Source: Nitrospirota bacterium (GTDB taxonomy: Bacteria; Nitrospirota; Thermodesulfovibrionia; UBA6902; JAJYJJ01). From it: a stretch of 64,000 bases of DNA. The stretch lies in the NCBI GenBank assembly GCA_021789595.1, contig JAJYJJ010000004.1:66617-130616 (forward strand), given 5' to 3'. The notes below the pieces were generated by a model. That model was not told where the DNA came from and did no database searches. It saw nothing but the letters and a program-made list of their open reading frames with translations. Made by a program: the position numbers and the translations under genes. Below, in pieces: positions 1-9,010 of the stretch; position 1 is the first letter of the stretch, and each line of letters starts with the position of its first letter.

Positions 1-169
1 GATAAAAAGATCGATAATCAAACTGCTTAGGTCATACGAAGAGGTAGATGAAAATATAAGGAAAAAGTTGCAGTCCTATTCGAAAAAAATCGTTGAAGGC
101 AGCCCTGAATGGGATGTCCTCTACCAGAAGTTCTTACATGAAGAGGAGGCGAAAAGGGGCTTTGAGTGA
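1..169 (+). CDS. DUF507-family protein, 3' part (5' truncated by window edge)
   Basis: Frame from base 2 reads IKRSIIKLLRSYEEVDENIRKKLQSYSKKIVEGSPEWDVLYQKFLHEEEAKRGFE*. The EGSxEWDVLYxK..EE motif is typical of DUF507. Stop overlaps the next GTG start (GTGA). Confidence 0.7.
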   Translation, partial: IKRSIIKLLRSYEEVDENIRKKLQSYSKKIVEGSPEWDVLYQKFLHEEEAKRGFE

Positions 170-2190
170 GCTGGAGTTCTGTATCCCCCTATAATAATCC
201 TTTTGCAAGGTATATCTTCCCACTAATCATCCTATCCCTGTATTCAGGGTTTATCCTTAAGGTTCCTGAACGGTTCCCCTATCCATGGATGGTTATAACA
301 GGTATTACAGCCATCCTCGCGGTAACAGCCTATTTGATAAATAAAGGCAGGTCATTCAGGCCGGAGCTTTACCTTCTTTCCTCCGTCTTCCTATGCCTTG
401 GCACAGTTATAAACATGGTAGGGAAGCCTTGGCTGCCATGGGCATATATCCCTGTTGCAGCTATTATAGCTGTCGTCTTCAACCTGAGGGTTATCCCTCT
501 GTCCTTTGTACTGATTACAATCCTTAACAGGGGAATCCCCTATAGATGGGAAAGGGCAGAGGCTGCTGTGTTTTATGCATCCTTGCTGATATTGCCCTTT
601 GTTATATCCGGGTTTCTCAGCGCAGAACGCAAGAAAAAGGAGGGATTTCAGAGAGACCTTGATCGCATAAAGGCAGAGGCTCATGGGCTTGATATGCATG
701 GAGATAGGGCGCTTGGCTCATTTATTGATGAAAGACATCTTTCACACCTTGTCAGTTCAACGCTTGAGCTTGACAGCGAGCTTACAGAGATTGTTGAACT
801 TGTTGGCATATCCACATCGTCTGATTTTTCAGGTTATTTTTTCTATGAGGGCGATTCCCTCGTTCTCAAGGCATCTTCAGGAAGGTCTTATCCAAAAAAC
901 AGGATCCCGATAGGCGAAAGCTACCTGTCCCTTATTGTGAAGGGAAGGATACCTGTATTGCTTTCAGGATTAAAGGGCAGGCCATTTAATCTCGGTTATG
1001 ACAACACATCTGAGATAAGTTGCTTTCTCGGCGTTCCTGTCCTCGACAGTGGTCTCATTTATGGCGTCCTTGCAATAGACAGTTTAAGGGACAATGCCTT
1101 TGGCGACAGGGAAAAGGATGTCCTTAATCTCTTTGGAAGGCAGATAATCCAGGCACATAAGAGGGCGTCAATACATAGCCAGATAGACAGTTCTGCAATG
1201 GGTTTTAAGGCACTCTACGAGGCGACCTCTGAGCTTAGCTCTGCGGAGTTGAGATTCTCCGATATAACAGAGAAGATTGTTTCCATAGCAGCAGAGATTG
1301 CTCAACCATGCTGTGTTGTGCTGTTTCTTGTTAAAGGCAATGGCCTTGAGGTGGCATCGAAGGTTGGCCTTGATATAAAGGATAAGGAATATACAGCAGA
1401 CGGAACCCTGCTTGAGTGGATAATAAGTAACAGGCAGTCCCTCACTTTTTCTGACATGGCAGAGAAGGATAGGAAAATATTCCCCTTTAAGGTCAAGGAT
1501 ATGAAGTCATTTCTCGGCTTACCATTGACATACGAAGACGAGGTCATTGGAATCCTTACGGTTTTATCGCAGCAGGCAGGGGCATTTCGTTATCAGCAGA
1601 GCCATCTCCTCGGCATCCTCACCAACCATGCTGCAATAGCCCTTGCAAATGCGAGGCTTCACCTCGAGGTAAAGAGGATTGCAATAACAGACGGCCTTAC
1701 AGGGCTTTTCAATCACAGACATTTCCAGGAATGCCTTCAACAGGAATTTGAGCGTCTTGGGAGGTTTTCAGAGCCACTCTCGCTTATGCTTCTTGACATC
1801 GACCATTTTAAAAAGGTAAATGATACATATGGCCATCCTGCTGGAGATGCTGTATTAAAGGGTATTGCACAGATACTCAGAGCAACCTTGAGGGCGGTGG
1901 ATATCCCTGCAAGATATGGCGGCGAGGAATTTGCCGCTATACTTATAGGGACAGACTCTTCAGGCGCAAAGAACATGGCGGAAAGACTCAGAAAGACTGT
2001 TGAGAAGACCGTTTTTCCTGTAGATGGAAGGCCGCTGAAGGTGACGATGAGCATAGGTATATCGAGCTATCCGTCAGATGCCAGGAAAAAGGAAGAACTC
2101 ATTGAAAAGGCAGACCAGGCGATGTATCATGCAAAGAAAAGTGGCAGAAATCATAGCTATCTCTGGAGTGAGATAAGCAGAGAGTCATAG
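166..2190 (+). CDS. Membrane-bound diguanylate cyclase (TM region, 2 GAF domains, GGDEF)
   Basis: N-terminal hydrophobic helices, two GAF-like segments, DGLTGLFN, DIDHFKKVNDTYGHPAGD, RYGGEEF active site and RxxD I-site (RAVD). Confidence 0.92.
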   Translation: MSWSSVSPYNNPFARYIFPLIILSLYSGFILKVPERFPYPWMVITGITAILAVTAYLINKGRSFRPELYLLSSVFLCLGTVINMVGKPWLPWAYIPVAAIIAVVFNLRVIPLSFVLITILNRGIPYRWERAEAAVFYASLLILPFVISGFLSAERKKKEGFQRDLDRIKAEAHGLDMHGDRALGSFIDERHLSHLVSSTLELDSELTEIVELVGISTSSDFSGYFFYEGDSLVLKASSGRSYPKNRIPIGESYLSLIVKGRIPVLLSGLKGRPFNLGYDNTSEISCFLGVPVLDSGLIYGVLAIDSLRDNAFGDREKDVLNLFGRQIIQAHKRASIHSQIDSSAMGFKALYEATSELSSAELRFSDITEKIVSIAAEIAQPCCVVLFLVKGNGLEVASKVGLDIKDKEYTADGTLLEWIISNRQSLTFSDMAEKDRKIFPFKVKDMKSFLGLPLTYEDEVIGILTVLSQQAGAFRYQQSHLLGILTNHAAIALANARLHLEVKRIAITDGLTGLFNHRHFQECLQQEFERLGRFSEPLSLMLLDIDHFKKVNDTYGHPAGDAVLKGIAQILRATLRAVDIPARYGGEEFAAILIGTDSSGAKNMAERLRKTVEKTVFPVDGRPLKVTMSIGISSYPSDARKKEELIEKADQAMYHAKKSGRNHSYLWSEISRES

Positions 2191-3248
2191 ACATCATCCA
2201 CTGAGATCTCTTTCAGACATCTAACACCGGTCTTACACCTCGGAGTATAGCCAAATTTTGTGCATGGGCTGCAGGGCAGATGCCTGTTTATTGTTACATG
2301 CCTTTTGTCTCTTGGGGCCCATTTTTCCTCGATGCTAGAGCCAAAAAGGCAAACAGTTGGAGTGCCTACACCATAAGCAATGTGCATTATTCCAGAATCA
2401 GCAGTAATCAGGGCAGATGAATTAGCAATTACAGCCGTTGTCTTTAAGAGGTCTGTCCTGCCGACAAGGTCTAATACACGGCTGTTTATCAAAACGATCC
2501 TTTCTGAATCCCGAAGCTCTGCTTTGCCGCCAATGAGTATCACTTTATATCCATCATTAGAGAGCCTCATGGAAAGCTCGGCAAATCTATCAGTGCCCCA
2601 TCTTTTTTCCATCACAGATGCCCCTGTGAATATTGTGACCACATCCTGCCTCTGTGCCTCTATGGTATTTTTCGCCCATGAGTTTATGTTCTCTGGGACA
2701 CGGATGAACGGCTCATCAGGATTAAAGTCTCCTGCAGGACCCAAGAGAGGGCCGATCAGGTTTAAAAAACTGTATACCTCATAGTCAGAATGACTGTATG
2801 GAATCTTATGTGTAAAAAGCCTCTCACGCTCATTGGTTGCAAAGCCTATCCTTACAGGCGCCTTTGTGAGATAGGCAACAACAGCAGAAAGCCTGTGCCA
2901 CTGCTCTGTATCAATGACTACATTGTATTTGTTTTTGAGGCATCTAAAAATGTCAAACCCTCTGTCATAAAGATAAATTTTGTTTATAGAATTTGAAAGT
3001 CTGAATATGTCTGCATTTCTTTTTTCAGCGAGGATGTCAATAGATGTGCCTGGAAGATTCTCTTTTAGCGTCTGAATTGCAGGCAGAAGAAGCACCGCAT
3101 CGCCGATGCCGCCAGGGCGGATGATGATAATGCGATTTATATTTCCTACAGTATTTTTGGAGGCATAGATAAATCGTATTAAGCTAATCAGTAAGGGTCC
3201 AAAGATTGCATCTAATATCTTTAATGCCTTATTATTCTTGAAAGTCAT
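2157..3248 (-). CDS. Glycosyltransferase family 9 (heptosyltransferase-like)
   Basis: RPGGIGDAVL, DSGIMHIA..G.PTV.LFG and PCSPC motifs. Start reassigned to ATG 3248 (MTFKNN), which avoids overlap with the upstream gene. Confidence 0.85.
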   Translation of the reverse strand: MTFKNNKALKILDAIFGPLLISLIRFIYASKNTVGNINRIIIIRPGGIGDAVLLLPAIQTLKENLPGTSIDILAEKRNADIFRLSNSINKIYLYDRGFDIFRCLKNKYNVVIDTEQWHRLSAVVAYLTKAPVRIGFATNERERLFTHKIPYSHSDYEVYSFLNLIGPLLGPAGDFNPDEPFIRVPENINSWAKNTIEAQRQDVVTIFTGASVMEKRWGTDRFAELSMRLSNDGYKVILIGGKAELRDSERIVLINSRVLDLVGRTDLLKTTAVIANSSALITADSGIMHIAYGVGTPTVCLFGSSIEEKWAPRDKRHVTINRHLPCSPCTKFGYTPRCKTGVRCLKEISVDDVYDSLLISLQR

Positions 3249-3276
3249 TTTGTAATAAGATAATAAATGTGTATAA

Positions 3277-4323
3277 TTAGTGATAAAATTTTTTGACTTC
3301 GAGCAAGGCAGCCTCAAATTTTTCTTTACTTTTCCTTATGTCGAATTGTTTTGCAGTTTCATAGGCATTATGCAAAATCCTTGAATCAATAATCCTTGAA
3401 TTTATTGTTTCCGAGATTTTTTTAACTAATCCCTTATCATCGCCGATAGGAACAACAATTGCATTATACCCATCAGTAACATATGGGACTGCAGGAGTTG
3501 TTATAACTAAGCAGCCGCAGGCCATAGCCTCAAGAGGGAACAAACCAAATCCCTCGTAGCGCGAGGGGTAAAGGAAGATGTCAGCACTGCTTAATATTCT
3601 TCGCATAACATTATCTTCTGGAGAACCGAGATATCTTGTTGTGCATGGTAAGATATTGTTATATAGTTCATCGCCGCATACCCATACCTCTAATCTATCC
3701 TTAAAATCTACACATAGCTTCTTAAGGACATTGATTGTAATATCAAAACCTTTTCTGTAATGATCACCTCTTGAGAGGATGAATATCGATTTCCTTTCTC
3801 CTTTCTGCTGTACCAAATCAGGGTCGGGGTCACAATAAAACTTATCCATATCTATGCCAGTAGTAGCCGTTATAACTTTTGTTGCGCCATAGTTATCCTG
3901 GAGGGTCTTACTTAATACCTCAGAGTCAGAGATAACACACCCTTTCTTTAACCGTAAGAAAATGAAATATAGCATTTTAATAAGTAATCTAACAAACCTG
4001 TTTTTATAGTACTCAGTATCGTGGGCCTGGGCAAGATAAATGACATTATTTCTCACCCCAACAAACAGGGAAAGATGTATGATGTCTACGATAACAATAT
4101 CCGAATCGAAATCTTTGATTAATCCATATAGCAATGTCCCTATCCTTGTTGGCAATGGTATATGGTTTAGTTCGACTGAGGGATTTATATCAAAGATTGT
4201 ATCAAATTTATCGATATAGAATTTAACCTCATGCCCCCTGTCAACAAGATAATTAGCATATTCAATTACTACCCTATCCCCTCCACGATTCAATAGAGAA
4301 TACCTTATGAATGATATTTTCAA
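3277..4323 (-). CDS. Glycosyltransferase family 4
   Basis: N-terminal GGDRVV and C-terminal PSRYEGFGLFPLEAMACG motif. AT-rich. Confidence 0.88.
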   Translation of the reverse strand: MKISFIRYSLLNRGGDRVVIEYANYLVDRGHEVKFYIDKFDTIFDINPSVELNHIPLPTRIGTLLYGLIKDFDSDIVIVDIIHLSLFVGVRNNVIYLAQAHDTEYYKNRFVRLLIKMLYFIFLRLKKGCVISDSEVLSKTLQDNYGATKVITATTGIDMDKFYCDPDPDLVQQKGERKSIFILSRGDHYRKGFDITINVLKKLCVDFKDRLEVWVCGDELYNNILPCTTRYLGSPEDNVMRRILSSADIFLYPSRYEGFGLFPLEAMACGCLVITTPAVPYVTDGYNAIVVPIGDDKGLVKKISETINSRIIDSRILHNAYETAKQFDIRKSKEKFEAALLEVKKFYH

Positions 4324-4357
4324 TATCTTATCCTCCTATATTTTTCCCATTTCCACG

Positions 4358-5212
4358 TTATTTAGAGTAGATAATTATAGCTAATATTATAATCCACAAT
4401 GATATTGTTGTGGCCAATTGCCTATCTCGGTATATCGCCTCTGTAGGGTCGCCTAACCCTGTTTTTGAGAGCAATATGTATCTAAAAAGCCCAAAGGTTA
4501 TGATGGGGATTGTATAGAATAGACCTTTTGGTTGTTCTATTGAATATAGGCCATATGCGATGAGAGAGGCTGCTCCTGAGATCCACAGGATACCGTCAAG
4601 AAAGCCTGCAGGGTATGATTTAATGCCCATTCTGTGGGCCTCAGGATTTGCATTTATGCTACGGGTCTCACCAATCCTTTTCCCTGCTGCCAGCAATAGA
4701 GAAAGCAGAAAGATACTCAAGAAAAGCCATTTTGATATCTCGATATTAAAGGCTGCTCCTCCTGCCATAACACGGATCACAAAGCCAGAGGCAATGGCAA
4801 ATATATCTAAAAGCACTATGTCTTTAAGGTAAAAGGAATAACAGAGCTGTAGGACAAGATATCCGAACAGATATAGGGCAAATATTTTAGAGACATTGAG
4901 TCCGATAATCACCGATGACACAAAAAGCATGCCTGCGAGGATATGGGCATCTCCTAAAGAAACCTTGCCTGAGGCTATTGCCCTGTTCTTTTTTTTCGGA
5001 TGATTTCTATCAAAGGGCATATCCTTAATATCATTGATTATGTAAGATGCACTTGCCATAAATGAAAAGGAGGAAAATACCGGTATGAATCGCAGGATTA
5101 TTTCGGTGTCGAGTATCTTACCGGCGAAGAAAGGTGCTGAGAATACAAGGAGATTTTTTATCCAGTGTTTCGGCCTGAGGAGAGACAGATAATCACTAAT
5201 TCTTTGTTTCAT
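4358..5212 (-). CDS. UbiA-family polyprenyl-phosphate phosphoribosyltransferase (DPPR synthase-like)
   Basis: LRPKHWIKNLLVF, YIINDIKD..FDRNHPKKKNRAIASG, GFVIRV.AG and KR..E motifs of the decaprenyl-phosphate phosphoribosyltransferase subfamily. Confidence 0.85.
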   Translation of the reverse strand: MKQRISDYLSLLRPKHWIKNLLVFSAPFFAGKILDTEIILRFIPVFSSFSFMASASYIINDIKDMPFDRNHPKKKNRAIASGKVSLGDAHILAGMLFVSSVIIGLNVSKIFALYLFGYLVLQLCYSFYLKDIVLLDIFAIASGFVIRVMAGGAAFNIEISKWLFLSIFLLSLLLAAGKRIGETRSINANPEAHRMGIKSYPAGFLDGILWISGAASLIAYGLYSIEQPKGLFYTIPIITFGLFRYILLSKTGLGDPTEAIYRDRQLATTISLWIIILAIIIYSK

Positions 5213-6932
5213 TCAGTCTCTTTATCAGTTTTCTTGCGGGGTTTGAGAAATATTCATTCGGGGACAATTCAATTGCCTTTTTAAAGTATTCAATTGCCCT
5301 TTTTTTCTCTCCGAGGGCTAAATAGAATTGGCCTGTTCGATATAGATAAAGACCATTCCTGTCAATATCATAGAGCTGCTTTAGGTAGGAGATAATCTCC
5401 GTGTAGAATCGCTTCTGTTTATCCAGGTTCTTTTCTTCCATGAGTTGATTCTCAGTGATCTTTATAACCTTCTGGAGTATCTCTACGGATAGCTGAGGGG
5501 TTGGTTTTTTCTCTAAGAGCCGTAGATACTCCTCTTTTGCCTCTTCAGGCTTCCTTTGCATTGATAAAGTTATGATGTTCATGGACGGCACTTCTTTATA
5601 CTTCACATTTCCTGCAAGCCTTTTAGCTATCCTAAACTGTTCTGATGCCTCTTTGACCTTCCCATTCCTCAATAAGGTAAGACCATAATCGTTTCTTGCT
5701 GCGGCAAAATTTGGAGACTTTTTGACTGTATCTGAGAACAGTGTAAGGTTGCTCTGCCAGACAATATTGCGGTTTACTGTTATTGCAGCAGATGCTATCA
5801 ACAGGATTGCTAATGCCCCGTATATTAGTTCTTTTTTCCACGGTATGCGGTTAATCAGCAATACTATGAGAACAGATACCCCGAAGCTTGATATATAGAG
5901 GTATCTCTCTGCCAACGGAGTCCATGCCATCTTTGACAGGGCAACAGGGATTGCTACTATAAAAAATGGTATAGAAGAGAGGAAGAGGAATGATGATAAT
6001 GTCCTTCGTCTGAGGAATAGATATAGGGCAACCACCGAGGCAATTATTCCAAACCAGAAATAAAGTGTTCTGTTTATCTCTATAATGCCGAAATTAAGGG
6101 GAAGTGGTATGAAGAGCTTCTTGATGTAAAAGCCAAATGCCTTTATGGCACCGCTGATGCTTATTAGGAGACTGCCATTATCTACAGCCCTTGCTGCTGT
6201 TTCAACCCCTGTATCAGCGATATAACCGGAGGCAATGGTTCGCATCAGAAAATATACAGCAGTCATGAACAGAAAAGGAAGAAAAAGCCTGAACCGCCTC
6301 TCAATAACAATGTCTTCGATATGTCGTTCCTTTAAGATAAGGAATAATCCAATTACAGGCAAAAGCCCTATGGCAACCTCCTTTGAGAGAAGTCCCATAA
6401 GATATAATAGAGCAGATATCCAGCACCAGAGGTCATTTTCTATCCCTTTTTTAAGGAAGACCAGAAAAGACATAAATACAAACATCCCTGCAAGCACATC
6501 TGTCCTTCCTGAAATCCAGTTCACAGGCTCTGTATTTACAGGATTGATGATAAAAAATATAGAGGCGAGCATCGGGATATATGGATCAGCAGCAATCCTG
6601 AATATCCTTAACAACTCTTTAACTATGAAAAAGATTAGAACACCATTTGCTGTATGAATAAGCATATTATTAAGGTGCATAAAGGATGCACTGCAGTCAA
6701 ACACGAACCTGTCGAAGAGAAAGGTCAGCGCCAGTAGCGGGCGGTAATAATAGATGGGGTTTCCTGGGAAGAAGATACCCTTCCAATCTACATGATAGGT
6801 ATTCAGTAGGTTTGTTATCATCATGTGGTCATCGACAGTATTGACCTGCCCAAATATAGACGGGTAATACACACCGAGAGAGATGAAGATGATGAACAGG
6901 ATCTTGTATCTGTCAGAAAGCTCAGTCCTCAT
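5196..6932 (-). CDS. GT-C-fold membrane glycosyltransferase with C-terminal TPRs (TMTC-like)
   Basis: First-loop DD (TVDDH), YYRPL, TEPVNWISGRTD, SKE, AERYLY, RN.VW motifs, about 11 TM helices, then TPR repeats. Confidence 0.78.
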   Translation of the reverse strand: MRTELSDRYKILFIIFISLGVYYPSIFGQVNTVDDHMMITNLLNTYHVDWKGIFFPGNPIYYYRPLLALTFLFDRFVFDCSASFMHLNNMLIHTANGVLIFFIVKELLRIFRIAADPYIPMLASIFFIINPVNTEPVNWISGRTDVLAGMFVFMSFLVFLKKGIENDLWCWISALLYLMGLLSKEVAIGLLPVIGLFLILKERHIEDIVIERRFRLFLPFLFMTAVYFLMRTIASGYIADTGVETAARAVDNGSLLISISGAIKAFGFYIKKLFIPLPLNFGIIEINRTLYFWFGIIASVVALYLFLRRRTLSSFLFLSSIPFFIVAIPVALSKMAWTPLAERYLYISSFGVSVLIVLLINRIPWKKELIYGALAILLIASAAITVNRNIVWQSNLTLFSDTVKKSPNFAAARNDYGLTLLRNGKVKEASEQFRIAKRLAGNVKYKEVPSMNIITLSMQRKPEEAKEEYLRLLEKKPTPQLSVEILQKVIKITENQLMEEKNLDKQKRFYTEIISYLKQLYDIDRNGLYLYRTGQFYLALGEKKRAIEYFKKAIELSPNEYFSNPARKLIKRLNETKN

Positions 6933-7905
6933 TTGCGATCTCGGTAAATAGTTCCTCGAGCCCTTTCCTTACAGGCTCAATCATCTGTATGGATGTCTCT
7001 TTATCCTTTATGACTTCAGACAAGACAGATTCCAGATCCTCCTGTTTTATAATACATGTTGAAAATAATCCCCCCTTGCCTCCCTTTACTAAAAGAGGGG
7101 AGGGGGAATTATCAGGTGAAAAATCTTTAGTTAGCTCTATATCTTCACTTATAGTTTTAAAGAAATTTGCCATATGTCCGGATATAGTGTTGAATGTCAG
7201 AAGGTAGCCTTTGATCCCCTTTGCCATTATGTCCCTTATGGATTCTACAAGCCTGAGCTCTCCTTTTACAATAATCCCAACCCTGTCGCATATTGTCTCT
7301 ATGTCATTCAATATATGGGTGGACATAAATACGCATTTGCCTTTAGACTTTAGATCAAGGATTATGTCCCTGACAAGGATTCTTCCTATAGGGTCAAGGC
7401 CGCTCATCGGTTCGTCCAGTATAAGAATATCTGGGTCATGGATAAGACATTGGGCAAGCCCCAATCTCTGCACCATGCCTTTTGAATAGCCCTTTATCGG
7501 CCTTTTCCTTGCATCATAGAGGTCAAGCAGTTTCAAAAGCCTATCTGAACCTTCAAGAATCGCATCAGCGCTCATCTTAAATGTCCTGCCGACAAAGGAA
7601 AGAAGTTCCTCGCCTGTTAGATAATCATAGAAGCTCGGATTTTCTGAAAGATAACCAGCCATCTTTTTATAACTTAATGATGTCCCTGCAATTCCATTGA
7701 TATAGAATTCTCCTGATGTTGGATAGATAAGGCCCATAAGGAGCTTGATGGTTGTAGTTTTCCCTGCACCGTTTGGCCCAAGAAAGCCAAATACTTCTCC
7801 CTTCTGAACATCGAGGTTCAGGTCTTTGAGTGCATCCACATGTTTGCCTTTTTTACCCTTATATGTTTTACTCAGGCCTTCTGTCTTTATTGCTGTGTTC
7901 AACAT
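6922..7905 (-). CDS. ABC transporter ATP-binding protein (xapD-like)
   Basis: Walker A GPNGAGKTT, signature YSKGM, Walker B ILILDEP. Start reassigned to ATG 7905 after GGAGGG. Confidence 0.9.
   Translation of the reverse strand: MLNTAIKTEGLSKTYKGKKGKHVDALKDLNLDVQKGEVFGFLGPNGAGKTTTIKLLMGLIYPTSGEFYINGIAGTSLSYKKMAGYLSENPSFYDYLTGEELLSFVGRTFKMSADAILEGSDRLLKLLDLYDARKRPIKGYSKGMVQRLGLAQCLIHDPDILILDEPMSGLDPIGRILVRDIILDLKSKGKCVFMSTHILNDIETICDRVGIIVKGELRLVESIRDIMAKGIKGYLLTFNTISGHMANFFKTISEDIELTKDFSPDNSPSPLLVKGGKGGLFSTCIIKQEDLESVLSEVIKDKETSIQMIEPVRKGLEELFTEIANED
7060..7123. repeat. Palindromic CCCTTT/AAAG.GGG repeat inserted in frame in the ABC ATPase gene
   Basis: tgaaaataatcccccttgcctccctttactaaaagaggggagggggaattatcaggtgaaaa resembles the intergenic element at 56717-56824. 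It encodes FSPDNSPSPLLVKGGKGGLFS. Confidence 0.7.
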
Positions 7906-8746
7906 TCCCTCCAAATGCAAATTTGCTCGTTGTCCGTATTTCCCCCTTTTCACTTATGTAAAATCTTCCTCCATAAGGGTCTTCAGGTATCTTTTTTATT
8001 ATACCTTTATCAGTCAGTTCTTCGATGTTCGATGGTTTACGGTGATAAAGCTCTTCAAACTTCTTTTCTCCTTTTTCTAAAAAGGCGACAGCCTCAAGTG
8101 CCTTCAGCCTAATTTCGAGTGTCTGCTTGACCTTTTGATTCCATGTCTTATCTATCATGAACTTCAGAAAGGAGATGGCAATCCCTGTCTCATCGGATTC
8201 GTATAAAAACCTTGCAGCAAGATTGGTATAGAGCGAGTCGCCTGTGATCCTTGCTGCCTGTTCCATATATTGAGCCGCCTTCTTATAGTCCTTTAAAAAA
8301 TAAAAGTTATTAAACCCTAAAAAAAATGGCAGATAGAAATCCCATGTCCTGTATTTAAGTCCCCTTTCAAGCAGATAATCCACTTCTTTTATCCTCCCAA
8401 GTCCCCATGTAAAGACTGCCTCTGAGAAATAGTAGGAGTCTATGTTATATGGGTCTATGTATGTTGATGCATCGAGGAATCTATACATATTGAAGTATTC
8501 TATATCCTTTTTAGCAAAGGGTTTTTCTGTGTCAAACTTGCCGCCGTAGTATGTAATTACCTTAAAGAACAGCCACTCGCTTATAAGTGGCTTATACTCC
8601 ATGGCAGCAATCCGCAGAATCTGCTTTTGCGGCAGGTAGCCGAGCTTTTCCTCAGCGGGTTTTCCTGAGATATAGGATATTAGCCTACCGTAGATAGGGA
8701 TAATCAGTATTAAAGAGGCAAGCATTACAGCAATAATTCTTTTCAT
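7868..8746 (-). CDS. xapA-like membrane-anchored TPR protein
   Basis: N-terminal TM, helical/TPR body (LGFNNFYFLKDYKKAAQYMEQAA), C-terminal GIIKKIPEDPYGGRFY. Located in the pilin-ABC cluster. Confidence 0.65.
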   Translation of the reverse strand: MKRIIAVMLASLILIIPIYGRLISYISGKPAEEKLGYLPQKQILRIAAMEYKPLISEWLFFKVITYYGGKFDTEKPFAKKDIEYFNMYRFLDASTYIDPYNIDSYYFSEAVFTWGLGRIKEVDYLLERGLKYRTWDFYLPFFLGFNNFYFLKDYKKAAQYMEQAARITGDSLYTNLAARFLYESDETGIAISFLKFMIDKTWNQKVKQTLEIRLKALEAVAFLEKGEKKFEELYHRKPSNIEELTDKGIIKKIPEDPYGGRFYISEKGEIRTTSKFAFGGNVEHSNKDRRPE

Positions 8747-8773
8747 AAGGTTTTATGGGTATAATAATAGATA

Positions 8774-8992
8774 TTATGGATATTCCAGATAGTCAGCATA
8801 ATACCATTCCATCATTGCCTTTAAGTTCCTCAAGTCGCTTTGAGCTGCTGCATTATATGCCTTCATTTTATAAGACGAAAACATAGGTAATGCAATTGCT
8901 GCAAGGATAGCTATGATTGCTATGACAACGAGCAGCTCTATGAGAGTAAAGCCCTTATTCCTAAAATTTTTACTATTAGGAGATGTAGACAT
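8774..8992 (-). CDS. pilA: Short type IVa pilin paralog 2 (PilA-N-like, 58 aa mature)
   Basis: Class III signal NKG|FTLIELLVV, E5, P22. Ends at YP with no globular head. SD-like GAAGGGGG upstream. Confidence 0.9.
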   Translation of the reverse strand: MSTSPNSKNFRNKGFTLIELLVVIAIIAILAAIALPMFSSYKMKAYNAAAQSDLRNLKAMMEWYYADYLEYP

Positions 8993-9010
8993 GATTTCCC
9001 CCTTCTGATT

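Noticed and set aside
1690..2190. GGDEF domain as a Hypr-type cGAMP synthase
   Set aside because: It keeps Asp in GHPAGD (Hypr enzymes have Ser/Thr there), so it is a canonical diguanylate cyclase.
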